Assembly (NCBI RefSeq): GCF_913773735.1
Contig: NZ_CAJYEB010000010.1
Span: forward strand, 237,894 to 301,893
Length of the DNA: 64,000 bases
Source of the DNA: an uncultured Massilia sp.
GTDB lineage: Bacteria; Pseudomonadota; Gammaproteobacteria; Burkholderiales; Burkholderiaceae_D
Direction of reading: 5' to 3'
Shown: one piece after another, positions 28,556-39,209 of the stretch
How positions within the stretch are numbered: the stretch's first letter is position 1
Layout of the letters: the number at the start of each line of letters is the position of its first letter
Program-made: the position numbers and the translations under genes
Notes under the pieces: generated by a model
Database searches by the model: none
What the model saw: only the letters and a program-made list of their open reading frames with translations
What the model was told of the DNA's origin: nothing

Positions 28556-29472
28556 AAGGCCAAGGACGGATGCCGGCCGCCGTCAGGCTGGTGGAAGTCG
28601 GCCCGCGCGACGGCCTGCAGGCCGAGAAGACGCCGGTCCCCACCGCGGTCAAGGTCGCGCTGATCGAGCGGCTCGGCGACACGGGCCTGACCACCATCGA
28701 AGCCACCAGCTTCGTCTCGCCGCGCGCGGTGCCGCAGATGGCCGACCACGCCGACGTGATGCGCCTGCTGCGGCGCCGGGCGGACGTCGCCTATCCGGTG
28801 CTGGTGCCGAACCTGAAGGGCTGGGAACAGGCGCGCCAGGCCGGCGTGAGCGAGATCGCGGTCTTCATCTCGGCCTCGGAAGCCTTTTCGCGCGCGAACC
28901 TGAACTGCACGATCGCCGCGAGCCTGGAGCGCGTGGCGGCGGTCGCCGCGGCGGCGCTGGCGCAGGGCGTGCGGGTGCGCGGCTACATCTCGTGCGTGCT
29001 GGGCTGCCCGTTCGAGGGCCACGTCGCGCCCTCGGTCGTGGCGCGGCTGGCGCGCGCGCTGGCCGACCTGGGCTGTTACGAAATCTCGCTGGGCGACACC
29101 ATCGGCACCGGCACACCCGGCGCCACGCGCGACATGGTCGAGCTGGTGGCGGGCGAGGTCGGCATCGGCCGGCTGGCCGGCCATTTCCACGATACCTATG
29201 GCCAGGCGCTGGCGAACATCCACGCGGCGCTGCAGGCCGGCATGACGGTGTTCGACGCCTCGGTGGCGGGCCTGGGCGGCTGCCCGTACGCGCCCGGCGC
29301 CACCGGCAACGTGGCGACCGAGGACGTCGTCTACATGCTGCACGGGATGGGCATCGCCACCGGCGTCGACCTGGACAAGCTGCGCGCCGTCGGCGACGAC
29401 ATCTCGCGCCACCTGGGGCGGCCGTCGCAGTCGCGGGTGGCGCGGGCGCTGGCGGCGAGGAGGGCGGCATGA
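28552..29472 (+). CDS. Hydroxymethylglutaryl-CoA lyase family
   Basis: EVGPRDGLQ, EATSFVSP, ISLGDTIG, GHFHDTYGQ, GLGGCPYAPGATGNVATED motifs. Confidence 0.92.
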   Translation: MKGQGRMPAAVRLVEVGPRDGLQAEKTPVPTAVKVALIERLGDTGLTTIEATSFVSPRAVPQMADHADVMRLLRRRADVAYPVLVPNLKGWEQARQAGVSEIAVFISASEAFSRANLNCTIAASLERVAAVAAAALAQGVRVRGYISCVLGCPFEGHVAPSVVARLARALADLGCYEISLGDTIGTGTPGATRDMVELVAGEVGIGRLAGHFHDTYGQALANIHAALQAGMTVFDASVAGLGGCPYAPGATGNVATEDVVYMLHGMGIATGVDLDKLRAVGDDISRHLGRPSQSRVARALAARRAA

Positions 29473-29785
29473 GCGCCCGGGCCCACGCGGCCACCGGTGG
29501 CGCGACGCGCGCGGACGGAGCGCCCTCGGCCTGCCGCGCGATCCGGTACGCGAAGTTCTTCATGTCCGGCGGCATTCCCGATCTCGCTGCAGCGGCGTCG
29601 CGGCGGGTGACGTCGCCGGCCGGCGTGGTGATCCCCCGGGAGGCAGTGCGATAGACCGTTGCGGTCAAGCTGCCCGGCGCGTGCGACGGCGCCGCGCGTG
29701 ATGCATCGCGGGCTGGCGGCGAAGCCAGGGCATGCGCGGGAGGGATGTGGGAGGGACAACTTGCGGTGCGCGGCGGCGCCAGAAC

Positions 29786-29817
29786 AAAAAAGGCGTCACG
29801 ATCGCTCGTCACGCCTT
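29786..29817 (-). terminator. Intrinsic terminator downstream of tRNA-Lys
   Basis: Minus-strand AAGGCGTGACGA/TCGTGACGCCTT stem followed by a T-run. Confidence 0.75.
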
Positions 29818-29837
29818 CATTTGCTGCTGCTGTATTC

Positions 29838-29913
29838 TGGTAGGCCGTGCTGGGCTCGAACCAGCGACCAACGGATTAAAAGTCCGCTGCTCTACCAACT
29901 GAGCTAACGACCC
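29838..29913 (-). tRNA. tRNA-Lys (anticodon TTT)
   Basis: GGGTCGTTAGCTCAGTTGGTAGAGCAGCGGACTTTTAATCCGTTGGTCGCTGGTTCGAGCCCAGCACGGCCTACCA, 76 nt, cloverleaf with encoded CCA. Confidence 0.97.
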
Positions 29914-29966
29914 GAAGAAGCAAGATTATAGGAGGGATCGCGAGCGCTGTCAAACGCTCATCAGGA

Positions 29967-30731
29967 TCACTTCAGCGCCGCCAGGCGATCCTTGGCCGTC
30001 TGGCCGGCCGCGCTGTCCGGGAATTTCTTCAGCAGCGCCTGCAGGGTCTTCTTGGCGTTCTTGGCGTCCTTCATTTCCGTGTAGCTGCTGGCGATGTTGA
30101 GCATCGCGTCCGGGGCCTTGGCGCTGGTGCCGTAGTTGGCGACGACGGCTTCCTGGGCGGCGATCGCGTTCTTGTAGTCGCGCTGGGCGTAGTAGGCGTT
30201 GCCGAGCCAGTACTGGGCGTTGGCGGCGTAGGCCGATTCCGGGTACTGGCGCACGAAGCCCTGCAAGGCGCTGGCGGCACCCTTGTAGTCGCCGCCCTTG
30301 AACAGTTCCATGGCGGCGTCGTAGGCGCTCTTTTCGCTCGGCAGCACTTGCGCGGCCTGGCCGTCGATCACTTCCTGGCGCGGCTCGAGCTTGCGCATGC
30401 GGGCGTCGAGGTCGGCGTACAGGTCTTTCTGGTTCTTCTGCGAGACGGCGATCTGGTTGGCCAGCACCTCGATCTGGCCGCGCAGGCGGGCGATTTCCTG
30501 CATCGTCTGCTCGTGCTGGTTCAGCATGTCCAGCGTGGCGCTCTTGTCCGCCTTGGTGTCGATGCGGGCGTTGACGTCGCGTGCCAGGGCTTCGACCTTG
30601 GCGCGCAGGTCGAGGATCGCGCGGCGGGCTTCGTCGTCGTCGAGCAGGCCGGCGTTCGCGTGCAGGGGGAACCAGGCGGCCAGCGCGAGGGCGGCGGCGG
30701 CAAGGCGGAGCTGTGGCAGTTTGATCATCAT
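29967..30731 (-). CDS. cpoB: Tol-pal system TPR protein YbgF/CpoB
   Basis: Coiled coil plus TPRs (YAANAQYWLGNAYY, KAPDAML); downstream of pal. Confidence 0.92.
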   Translation of the reverse strand: MMIKLPQLRLAAAALALAAWFPLHANAGLLDDDEARRAILDLRAKVEALARDVNARIDTKADKSATLDMLNQHEQTMQEIARLRGQIEVLANQIAVSQKNQKDLYADLDARMRKLEPRQEVIDGQAAQVLPSEKSAYDAAMELFKGGDYKGAASALQGFVRQYPESAYAANAQYWLGNAYYAQRDYKNAIAAQEAVVANYGTSAKAPDAMLNIASSYTEMKDAKNAKKTLQALLKKFPDSAAGQTAKDRLAALK

Positions 30732-30766
30732 TGACTCTTTCTAAAACCGGTAAATCCAGATGGAAA

Positions 30767-30802
30767 CGGGGCGGGATGCAGTCTGCACTGCATCCCGCCC
30801 CG
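30767..30802 (-). terminator. 16-bp perfect hairpin between pal and cpoB (partial terminator or stabiliser)
   Basis: CGGGGCGGGATGCAGT/ACTGCATCCCGCCCCG, with a short T-run on the minus strand. Confidence 0.55.
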
Positions 30803-30843
30803 CTGTCAATCAAGCGTCGAGCGACGCCGGCGACAGCGCCAGA

Positions 30844-31371
30844 TTATTGGTAGACGATGTCGGCGCGGCGGTTTTCAGCCCAGGCGGCTTCGTCGTGGCC
30901 GGTTGCCTTCGGCTTTTCCTTGCCCAGCGAAACGGCTTCCAGCTGGCTGTCCGACACGCCCAGGGCGGTCATCGACTTGCGCACGGCTTCGGCGCGCTTC
31001 TGGCCCAGGGCCAGGTTGTACTCGGTGCCGCCGCGTTCGTCGGTGTTGCCCTGGATCAGGACCTTGCGGCCGGTGTTCTTGGTCAGGTAGGCCGAGTGGT
31101 TCTCGACGACCGGCTTGCCGTCGGCACGGACGACGTAGCTGTCGAAGTCGAAGTACACGCTGCGGTTCGCCAGGACGCCTTTCGGGTCGTTCAGCGGATC
31201 GACGGTGCCGGTCTCGACCGGACGGATGTCACGGCTGGTGTCGGCCGGCGGCGGGGTCTGGGCGACCGGCGGCTGCTCGACCACCGGGGCTTCTTGCAGT
31301 TTGGGCGACGAGCAGGCCGACAGGACGGCCGCGACCGACGCGATGAGGGCTACACTTTTCAGATTGCGCAT
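30844..31371 (-). CDS. pal: Peptidoglycan-associated lipoprotein
   Basis: Lipobox LSAC; VYFDFDS and GNTDERGGTEYNLALGQKRA motifs. Confidence 0.96.
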   Translation of the reverse strand: MRNLKSVALIASVAAVLSACSSPKLQEAPVVEQPPVAQTPPPADTSRDIRPVETGTVDPLNDPKGVLANRSVYFDFDSYVVRADGKPVVENHSAYLTKNTGRKVLIQGNTDERGGTEYNLALGQKRAEAVRKSMTALGVSDSQLEAVSLGKEKPKATGHDEAAWAENRRADIVYQ

Positions 31372-31397
31372 GGGTTTTTCTCCTGGTCAAAAAATTT

Positions 31398-32660
31398 TTA
31401 CTTCATAAACGGGCCCCAGCTGGGCTCCCGAATGTTCCCCGCCTGGGTGCTCAAGCGTTGCTTGATGCGCCCGTCGACCGACACCACGGCCAGCGCGGTA
31501 CGGCCGCCGCCCCTGGTTGCATACATGATGTATTTGCCGTTCGGCGAAAAACTCGGTTCGGTGGCCCCTTCGGCCAAGCGCTGTTCCTGGCCGCTGGCCA
31601 GGTCCATCGCATACAGGGAAAAACCCCCTTCGCGTTGCGAAATCCACGCCAGCGTCTTGCCGTCCGGGGATACTCGAGGGCTGATGTTGTAGTTGCCATT
31701 GAACGTGACGCGGGTGGCCTGGCCACCGTTCACGCCCATCTTGTAGATCTGCGGACCGCCGCTGCGGTCGCTGGTGAAATAGACGCTCTGGCCGTCGGCC
31801 GAGAAGCGCGGTTCGGTATCGATGCCGTTGCTGGTGGTCAGGCGGCGCATGCCGCTGCCGTCCGCGTTCACGATGAACACCTGGGTATTGCCGGTGCGCG
31901 ACAGCGCCAGCGCCAGCTTGGTGCCGTCCGGCGACCAGGCCGGCGCCGAGTTGTTGCCCTTTTCGTTGGCCACGATCGTGCGCTGGCCGGTGACCAGGTT
32001 CTGCACGTAGATCACGGGCTTGCGCAGCTCGAACGAGACGTAGGCCACCTTGGTGCCGTCCGGCGACCACGACGGCGAGATGATCGGTTCCTTGCCGTGC
32101 GCCGCCACCTGTTCGCCGAAGCCGTCGGCGTCCGACACGACCAGCTTGTAGTCGCGCGGACCGTCCTGGCGCACGTAGGTGACGCGGGTCGAGAAGATGC
32201 CGCGCACGCCGGTGAGCTTTTCGTAGACGTCGTCGGCGATGCGGTGCGCCTCGAGACGCGTGTTGCGCGCGCTGACGGCGTCGGCCAGCTGCGAGATCTG
32301 GGCCTGCTTGACGGTGTCGAGCAGCTTGTAGCGGACCTGGAAGCGGCCGTCCGGCATCTTCTGCACCGAGCCCACGACGAGGGCGTCGGCGCCGCTGGCC
32401 TTGAACGCGGCCAGGTCGACGCTGGCGCTGTCCGAGATCGGCTGGCGCGCGTCGATGACCTTGAACACGCCGCTGCGTTCGAGGTCGGCGCGGATGATGG
32501 CGGACACCTGTTCCGGCGCCACCGATTCGTCGGCGAAGGCCGCGACGGCGACCGGGATCTGGTTGCTGCCCACGCCGGCGATCTCGACGCGCAGCTGGGC
32601 ATGTGCAGCCACGCCCATCAGCAGGGTGGCGGAAAACAGCAGGGTATGTAGTTTCTTCAT
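31398..32660 (-). CDS. tolB: TolB
   Basis: N-terminal domain plus beta-propeller SPSWSPDG repeats, in tol-pal context. Confidence 0.96.
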   Translation of the reverse strand: MKKLHTLLFSATLLMGVAAHAQLRVEIAGVGSNQIPVAVAAFADESVAPEQVSAIIRADLERSGVFKVIDARQPISDSASVDLAAFKASGADALVVGSVQKMPDGRFQVRYKLLDTVKQAQISQLADAVSARNTRLEAHRIADDVYEKLTGVRGIFSTRVTYVRQDGPRDYKLVVSDADGFGEQVAAHGKEPIISPSWSPDGTKVAYVSFELRKPVIYVQNLVTGQRTIVANEKGNNSAPAWSPDGTKLALALSRTGNTQVFIVNADGSGMRRLTTSNGIDTEPRFSADGQSVYFTSDRSGGPQIYKMGVNGGQATRVTFNGNYNISPRVSPDGKTLAWISQREGGFSLYAMDLASGQEQRLAEGATEPSFSPNGKYIMYATRGGGRTALAVVSVDGRIKQRLSTQAGNIREPSWGPFMK

Positions 32661-32696
32661 AAATGTCTCAACGCTATGGTTTGGCTCGGGACGCGA

Positions 32697-33743
32697 TCAC
32701 TGCAGATCCTTCATATGGAAGTCGATCACGAGGGAACGCTCTACCGTACCATCTTTCTTCTTTGGCAGTGGGGACGATTTGGTGATGCCTTTTTCCACCG
32801 CGTCGTCGAACGCCGGGATGCCGCTGCTCTTGATCTTGCGGACCGAAATGATCTCGCCGGTAGGCAACTGCTCGACGCGGAACGAGGCCGTCGGATTGCC
32901 CGGCTCGTCGGTGCTGCCCGGGTACGAGGTATTGCCCTTGACCTTGGCCGTGATGGCGGCGACATAGCCCTTGTCGCGGCCCGGCGCGCTCGACTGGGCG
33001 GCCGTGCCGTTGCTGCTGGTGCCGGTGCCGGCGGCCGCGGCCATCATGCGTTTCATTTCGTCGGCGCGCGCGGCCTCGCGTTTCTTCTGGTCCGCCGCTT
33101 CCTGCTTCTTCTTCTCGGCCTCGGCCTTTTTCTTCTTCTCGGCGTCCTCTTTCTTCTTCTGCTCGGCTTCCTTCTTCTCGGCGTCCTCGCGCGCCTTCTT
33201 CTCGGCCAGTTCCTTTTCCTTCTTCTCGGCCAGCGCTTTCTCTTTCTTCTCGGCGAGCTCGCGTTCCTTCTTCGCCTCGAGCTCCTTCGCTTTCCTGTCT
33301 TCCGCGCGCTTCTGCTCGGCCAGCTCGCGCTCGCGTTCCTGGCGCGCCTCTTCCTTGCGCTTCAGTTCTTCCTGGCGCTTCTTCTCGCGTTCGAGGGCGA
33401 TGTCGGGCTGCTTGGGCGGGGCCGGGCGTTCGACCGGCGGCGGCGGTTCCACGGCGCGCGGGGCCGGCGCCGGTGCCGGCGGCGTCTCGGGTTCCGGCTC
33501 CGGTTCCGGTTCGGGTTGCGGCGGCGGGGGCGGCGGGGCGGCGACCTGGGTCTGGACGTCCCAGATCTCGGCCTCGACGGCGACCGGCGTATTGTTTTGC
33601 CAGCTCACGCCGATCATGAGGAAGGCCAGCAGCAGGGCGTGCACGCCCACCGCCAGGCCGATCGCGGGCCAGCGGTTCGGTTCGGGCGGGACCCGGTAAT
33701 GCGGGCCGTCCGTGTCGGTGCGGTGGGGCTTCGTTGCTGCCAT
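32697..33743 (-). CDS. tolA: TolA
   Basis: TM segment, Pro-rich and K/E/A helical region, TonB-like C-terminal domain. Confidence 0.92.
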   Translation of the reverse strand: MAATKPHRTDTDGPHYRVPPEPNRWPAIGLAVGVHALLLAFLMIGVSWQNNTPVAVEAEIWDVQTQVAAPPPPPPQPEPEPEPEPETPPAPAPAPRAVEPPPPVERPAPPKQPDIALEREKKRQEELKRKEEARQERERELAEQKRAEDRKAKELEAKKERELAEKKEKALAEKKEKELAEKKAREDAEKKEAEQKKKEDAEKKKKAEAEKKKQEAADQKKREAARADEMKRMMAAAAGTGTSSNGTAAQSSAPGRDKGYVAAITAKVKGNTSYPGSTDEPGNPTASFRVEQLPTGEIISVRKIKSSGIPAFDDAVEKGITKSSPLPKKKDGTVERSLVIDFHMKDLQ

Positions 33744-33758
33744 CGGTTCAGTTCATCG

Positions 33759-34187
33759 TCACTTGGTGGCCAGGCCGACGCGCGTGATGCCCATCTTCTT
33801 GGCTTCCGAGATCAGCTGGATCACGTCGTCGTACTTGCTGTCGCGGTCGCCCGAGATCAGGACCGGATAGTCCGGATGCTCGGCGTGGATCGCGGCCAGG
33901 CGCTGCACCAGCGCGGCGCGGTTCGACACGTCCTCGAGGCCCTGCGGCGTCTTGCCGTTGACGCCGATCGCCAGCTGGCCCTTGTCCTTGACGGCGATGG
34001 TGATGTAGTCGTCCGGCGGCTGGGTCGAGCGCTCGGCGCTCGGCAGCTTGATCTCGCTGGGGTTCTGGGCCGGCGGCGTCACCATGAAGATGATGAGCAG
34101 CACCAGCATCACGTCGATGTACGGCACGACGTTGATGTCGGCTTTGAGCTTGCGGCGCGTGCTGCGCATGCTGCTGTTGAAGGCCAT
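33759..34187 (-). CDS. tolR: TolR
   Basis: INVVPYIDVMLVLLIIFMVT motif. Confidence 0.94.
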   Translation of the reverse strand: MAFNSSMRSTRRKLKADINVVPYIDVMLVLLIIFMVTPPAQNPSEIKLPSAERSTQPPDDYITIAVKDKGQLAIGVNGKTPQGLEDVSNRAALVQRLAAIHAEHPDYPVLISGDRDSKYDDVIQLISEAKKMGITRVGLATK

Positions 34188-34208
34188 GGCAATGCTCCCG
34201 GGCGGCGG

Positions 34209-34892
34209 TCAGCGCGACTGGCGCTGCAGGATGTTCGAGAATTCCTCGACGAAGCTCTCGAAGCGGATCGCGAGGCGGTCGATGTCGTGCGTGAAGCGGT
34301 TGTACGCCACCACCGCCGGGATCGCCGCGAACAGGCCGATCGCGGTCGCGATCAGCGCTTCGGCGATGCCGGGCGCGACGGCGGCCAGCGTGGCCTGCTG
34401 CACGTTGGCCAGGCCGCGGAAGGCGTTCATGATGCCCCAGACCGTGCCCAGCAGGCCGATGTAGGGCGAGACCGAGCCGACCGAGGCCAGGAAGTTCAGG
34501 TGCGTGTCGAGGTGGTCCAGTTCGCGCTGGAAGGCGGCGCGCATGGCGCGGCGGGCGCCGTCCAGCACGGCGCTGCCGTCGAGAGCGTCGCGCGCGGCCT
34601 GCTTGCCCTTGATGAACTCGCCCATGCCGGCCTCGAAGATGCGCGCCAGCGGACCGCTCTGGTCGCGCTGGCTGCTGGCGCTCTGGTGCAGCGTGTGCAG
34701 GTTGCCGCCGGCCCAGAAGCTGCGCTCGAACTGCTCGGTCAGGCGGCGCGCGGCGCGGATCGCGAACAGCTTGCGGAAGATGTAGGTCCAGCTGGTGAGC
34801 GAGAGGGCGAACAGCAGTGCCATGATCAGCTGCACCAGTACGTGCGCGTTGCGGATCAGTTCAATGAAGGAGAGGTCTTGGGCTGCGCTCAT
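34209..34892 (-). CDS. tolQ: TolQ
   Basis: SPYIGLLGTVWGIM and VAPGIAEALIATAIGLFAAIPAV motifs. Confidence 0.95.
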   Translation of the reverse strand: MSAAQDLSFIELIRNAHVLVQLIMALLFALSLTSWTYIFRKLFAIRAARRLTEQFERSFWAGGNLHTLHQSASSQRDQSGPLARIFEAGMGEFIKGKQAARDALDGSAVLDGARRAMRAAFQRELDHLDTHLNFLASVGSVSPYIGLLGTVWGIMNAFRGLANVQQATLAAVAPGIAEALIATAIGLFAAIPAVVAYNRFTHDIDRLAIRFESFVEEFSNILQRQSR

Positions 34893-34918
34893 CGTTGTGG
34901 TCGTAGGGATGGATGGAT

Positions 34919-35323
34919 TCAGGCGGCACGCATTTTAGCAGCGGCAAGGTCGGGCAGGGGGCGGGGACGCATGGTCGCCGCGTCCACGCAGCCGACCTTC
35001 ACGTCCGCGCTCGCCAGCAGCGTGTCGCCACGCCAGGCCTGCTGGACGAACTGGACCGACGCGCGGCCCAGCTTCCCGATGGCCAGCGTCAGCCGGACCT
35101 CGTCGTCCAGGCGCGCCGACGCCACGTAGTCGACGGACGCGCTGCGCACCACGAAGGCCACGCGTTCGTTCGCGAGCAGGTCCTGCTGGTGAATGCCGAG
35201 CGAACGCAGCCATTCGGTGCGCGCGCGTTCGAAGAACTTCAGGTAGTTGGCGTAATACACGATGCCGCCGGCGTCCGTATCTTCGTAATAGACCCGGACG
35301 GTCCAGGTGAAAACTGAAGGCAT
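34919..35323 (-). CDS. ybgC: Tol-pal-associated acyl-CoA thioesterase
   Basis: RVYYEDTDAGGIVYYANYLKFFERART motif. Confidence 0.95.
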   Translation of the reverse strand: MPSVFTWTVRVYYEDTDAGGIVYYANYLKFFERARTEWLRSLGIHQQDLLANERVAFVVRSASVDYVASARLDDEVRLTLAIGKLGRASVQFVQQAWRGDTLLASADVKVGCVDAATMRPRPLPDLAAAKMRAA

Positions 35324-35566
35324 TTCAGCTGCCGTGATTAAGAATGAAAGACATTTTACGCCATTTCACTCATCCATATGTACGCTGAAACACATATACA
35401 TTGGTATGAGCCGGTTAAGTCATGGCGAAGCGATCAAACAATCGAAAGATTTATCTAACGATTACTTGTGCTAAGTCAGCAACTCTATCATTTTTCCACA
35501 TGGCCCGACGGAGCTGTTACAAATCGAAAACAATTGTTTGCGCGCCGCTCCCGTCGCGCTGCCGGC

Positions 35567-36313
35567 TCAGCCGCGCTTGACGTTGAACGGCGAGAAGCCC
35601 TGGCAGGTCGGCATCAGCTCGATCAGGTTGACGTTGACGTGCGCGGGCAGCGTGGCGATCCAGTAGGCGGTCTCGGCGATGTCCTCCGGGGTCAGCGGCT
35701 GGGTGCCCTCGTAGACCTTGGCGGCCGCGGCGTCGTCGCCCTTCAGGCGCACGTTGGAGAACTCGGTGCCGCCGCACAGGCCCGGCGCGATGTTGGTGGC
35801 GCGCACGCCGGTGCCCACCAGGTCGGCGCGCAGGTTCAGCGTGAACTGCTCGACGAAGGCCTTGGTGGCGCCGTACACGTTGCCGCCCGGGTAGGGGTAG
35901 TGGCCGGCCACCGAGCCGAGGTTGATGATCAGGCCGCTGCCGCGCTCGACCATGGCGGGCAGCAGCGCATGGGTCATCGTCACCAGGCCCTTGACGTTGG
36001 TGTCGATCATGGTTTCCCAGTCGGCCAGCGGCACTTCGTGCGCGGGCCTGGTGTTCAGCGCCAGGCCGGCATTGTTCACCAGCACGTCGATCTGGCGCCA
36101 GGATTGCGGCAGCATCGACAGCGCTTCCTCGATCGAGTCCTTGTCGGTCACGTCCATCGCGATCGGCAGCGCGGATTCGCCCAGCTCCCTGGCCAGCGCG
36201 TCCAGGCGCTCCTTGCGGCGCGCCGCCAGCACTACCTGGTGGCCGTTCTTGACGAAGGTGCGCGCCATCGCGGCGCCGAAGCCGGCCGATGCGCCGGTGA
36301 TGAAAACGATCAT
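35567..36313 (-). CDS. YdfG-like NADP-dependent short-chain dehydrogenase
   Basis: TGASAGFG, NNAG and YGATK motifs. Start at ATG 36313. Confidence 0.9.
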   Translation of the reverse strand: MIVFITGASAGFGAAMARTFVKNGHQVVLAARRKERLDALARELGESALPIAMDVTDKDSIEEALSMLPQSWRQIDVLVNNAGLALNTRPAHEVPLADWETMIDTNVKGLVTMTHALLPAMVERGSGLIINLGSVAGHYPYPGGNVYGATKAFVEQFTLNLRADLVGTGVRATNIAPGLCGGTEFSNVRLKGDDAAAAKVYEGTQPLTPEDIAETAYWIATLPAHVNVNLIELMPTCQGFSPFNVKRG

Positions 36314-36450
36314 GGTGGGAATCCAGGGCAAGGAGTTGAACCCGTGGATTGTAGCCGAAATTGATAGCCGAAATTGATCGTCGAAACTGATCGCCAGTGC
36401 GCCATGCCCGGCGCCGGTCGCGGCGCCTTGCCAGGGCGTCATCGGTTTCC

Positions 36451-36480
36451 TTGCCTGCCGGCCGCGTCATCCCTTACAAT
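36451..36480 (+). promoter_or_regulatory. Sigma70 promoter for the riboswitch-glyA transcript
   Basis: TTGCCT-N18-TACAAT. Confidence 0.55.
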
Positions 36481-36494
36481 CGGGAGTTCCTTAT

Positions 36495-36616
36495 CATCCC
36501 GCGTAACTGGCGAAAACCGCGCACCGGCGCCCGCTTCCCAAGCGACCGGCCGGCGTGCGGCGAAGGTGGACATCCACCGGGGAACGCGGGGTGTCTTATG
36601 CCGTTCGCCTGGGCAG
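36495..36616 (+). ncRNA. ZMP/ZTP (pfl) riboswitch
   Basis: P1 ATCCCGCGT/ACGCGGGGT, conserved ACTGGCG, P2 GTGG/CCAC, GGGGAAC, and 3' GCCGTTCGCCTGGGCA pseudoknot partner. Upstream of glyA. Confidence 0.9.
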
Positions 36617-36736
36617 CCATCGATGGGTACGCGTTCATGCGATGCATGAGGAGGCGCCCCGGCTGGCCCGTTGCCGCCGGTCCCGCCCCGTTCAGCGCTG
36701 CCCGTCGCCTGGTTCTCTTATCGATTGGAGTTTTTC

Positions 36737-37984
<1,248 letters not shown>

Positions 37985-38101
37985 GCTTCTGCGTTAAGCT
38001 ATACGGCGAGGCGCCCGCGGGCGCCGCGCCTTCCCGGCGCTTCCTCGTGGGCGCCGGTATTCTTTAGTAATCCAGCACTATCTCAGTAGCATCGGCGCTC
38101 C

Positions 38102-38560
38102 ATGAAATGTCCGTTCTGTCAGCATGACGACACCCAGGTCCTCGATACCCGCGTATCGGAGGTGGGGGACGCCATCAAGCGCCGCCGCCGCTGCGTGCAG
38201 TGCGACAAGCGCTTCACCACCTACGAGCGCATCGAACTGTCGATGCCGATCATCGTCAAGAAGAACGGCAGCCGGACCGAATTCGAATCCTCCAAGCTGC
38301 GCGGCAGCCTCATGCTGGCGCTGCGCAAGCGGCCCGTGGCGGCCGAGGCCATCGACCGCGCCGTCGCCTCGATCGAGGAAAAGCTGCTCACCAGCGGCCG
38401 CCGCGAAGTCGATACCGGCTACGTGGGCGAACTGGTGATGCAGGAACTCAAGCGCCTCGACGAAATCGCCTACATCCGCTTTGCCTCCGTGTACAAGAAC
38501 TTCGCCGACCTGGCGGAATTCCAGGAAGCCATTGCGGAAGTCGGGCAGCCGCGCAAGTAA
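38102..38560 (+). CDS. nrdR: Transcriptional repressor NrdR
   Basis: MKCPFC...[15 protein letters not shown] zinc ribbon, ATP cone, AYIRFASVY. Confidence 0.97.
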   Translation: MKCPFCQHDDTQVLDTRVSEVGDAIKRRRRCVQCDKRFTTYERIELSMPIIVKKNGSRTEFESSKLRGSLMLALRKRPVAAEAIDRAVASIEEKLLTSGRREVDTGYVGELVMQELKRLDEIAYIRFASVYKNFADLAEFQEAIAEVGQPRK

Positions 38561-38681
38561 CGTTCGTTAGTCCATCTCGTCCCCATCCGGGTTGCATCGG
38601 CACGCTTGAGCGAGCGCATGGCCGAGCCTGGCCTCGCTGCTACCTTCGCATCTCATGCGCAACGGATGCGGGAGGCAAGGC

Positions 38682-39209
38682 ATGCTTGGCAGCAAGGGTT
38701 TCACGCTGGTGGAAGTATTGGTGGCCCTGTTCGTGCTCGCGCTGGGCATCGCCGGCGCGGCCGGGTTGCAGACGCTCGCCGTGCGCACGGGCCAGGAGGC
38801 GGCGCGCCTGGCGGACGGCGCGCAGCTGCTGGCCGCGCTGGCCGAGCGCATGCAGGCCAACCGCGCCGCGATGGCGCTGGACGCCGCCGCCAATCCCTAC
38901 CTCGAACTCGACTATGACGCCGCCGCGGGACCGCCGCCGGCCGCCACGCTGTGCTACGGCGGCGCCGCCTGCGATGCCGCGCAACTGGCCCGCTTCGACC
39001 TGTTCGAGGTGGCGCAGGCGGTGGCGGCGCGCTATGCCGGCGGGCGCATCCAGGTCTGCCGCGACGCCGATGCCGCCCCCGGCTGGACCTGCGCGGGCGG
39101 ACCCGGGGCGCCGCTGGTCGCGCGCCTGGGCTGGCGCGAGGCCGGCGACGGCGGCCGGGACGGCGTCGCTCCCAAGCTGAGGCTGGTGCTGGCGGGAGCC
39201 GCGCCATGA
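38682..39209 (+). CDS. pilV: Type IV pilus modification protein PilV
   Basis: Prepilin cleavage site G/FTLVE; LAERMQAN motif. Confidence 0.85.
   Translation: MLGSKGFTLVEVLVALFVLALGIAGAAGLQTLAVRTGQEAARLADGAQLLAALAERMQANRAAMALDAAANPYLELDYDAAAGPPPAATLCYGGAACDAAQLARFDLFEVAQAVAARYAGGRIQVCRDADAAPGWTCAGGPGAPLVARLGWREAGDGGRDGVAPKLRLVLAGAAP

Noticed and set aside
20636-29913. Integrative element or prophage inserted at tRNA-Lys
   Set aside because: No integrase, no duplicated tRNA 3' end found by eye, and a normal terminator follows the tRNA. An old island cannot be excluded.
32971-33560. K/E/A and Pro repeats in tolA as a novel repeat
   Set aside because: This is the normal TolA domain II composition.
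38073-38090. Autoregulatory NrdR box upstream of nrdR (CACTATCTCAGTAG)
   Set aside because: Only a half-site matches and the palindrome is weak.
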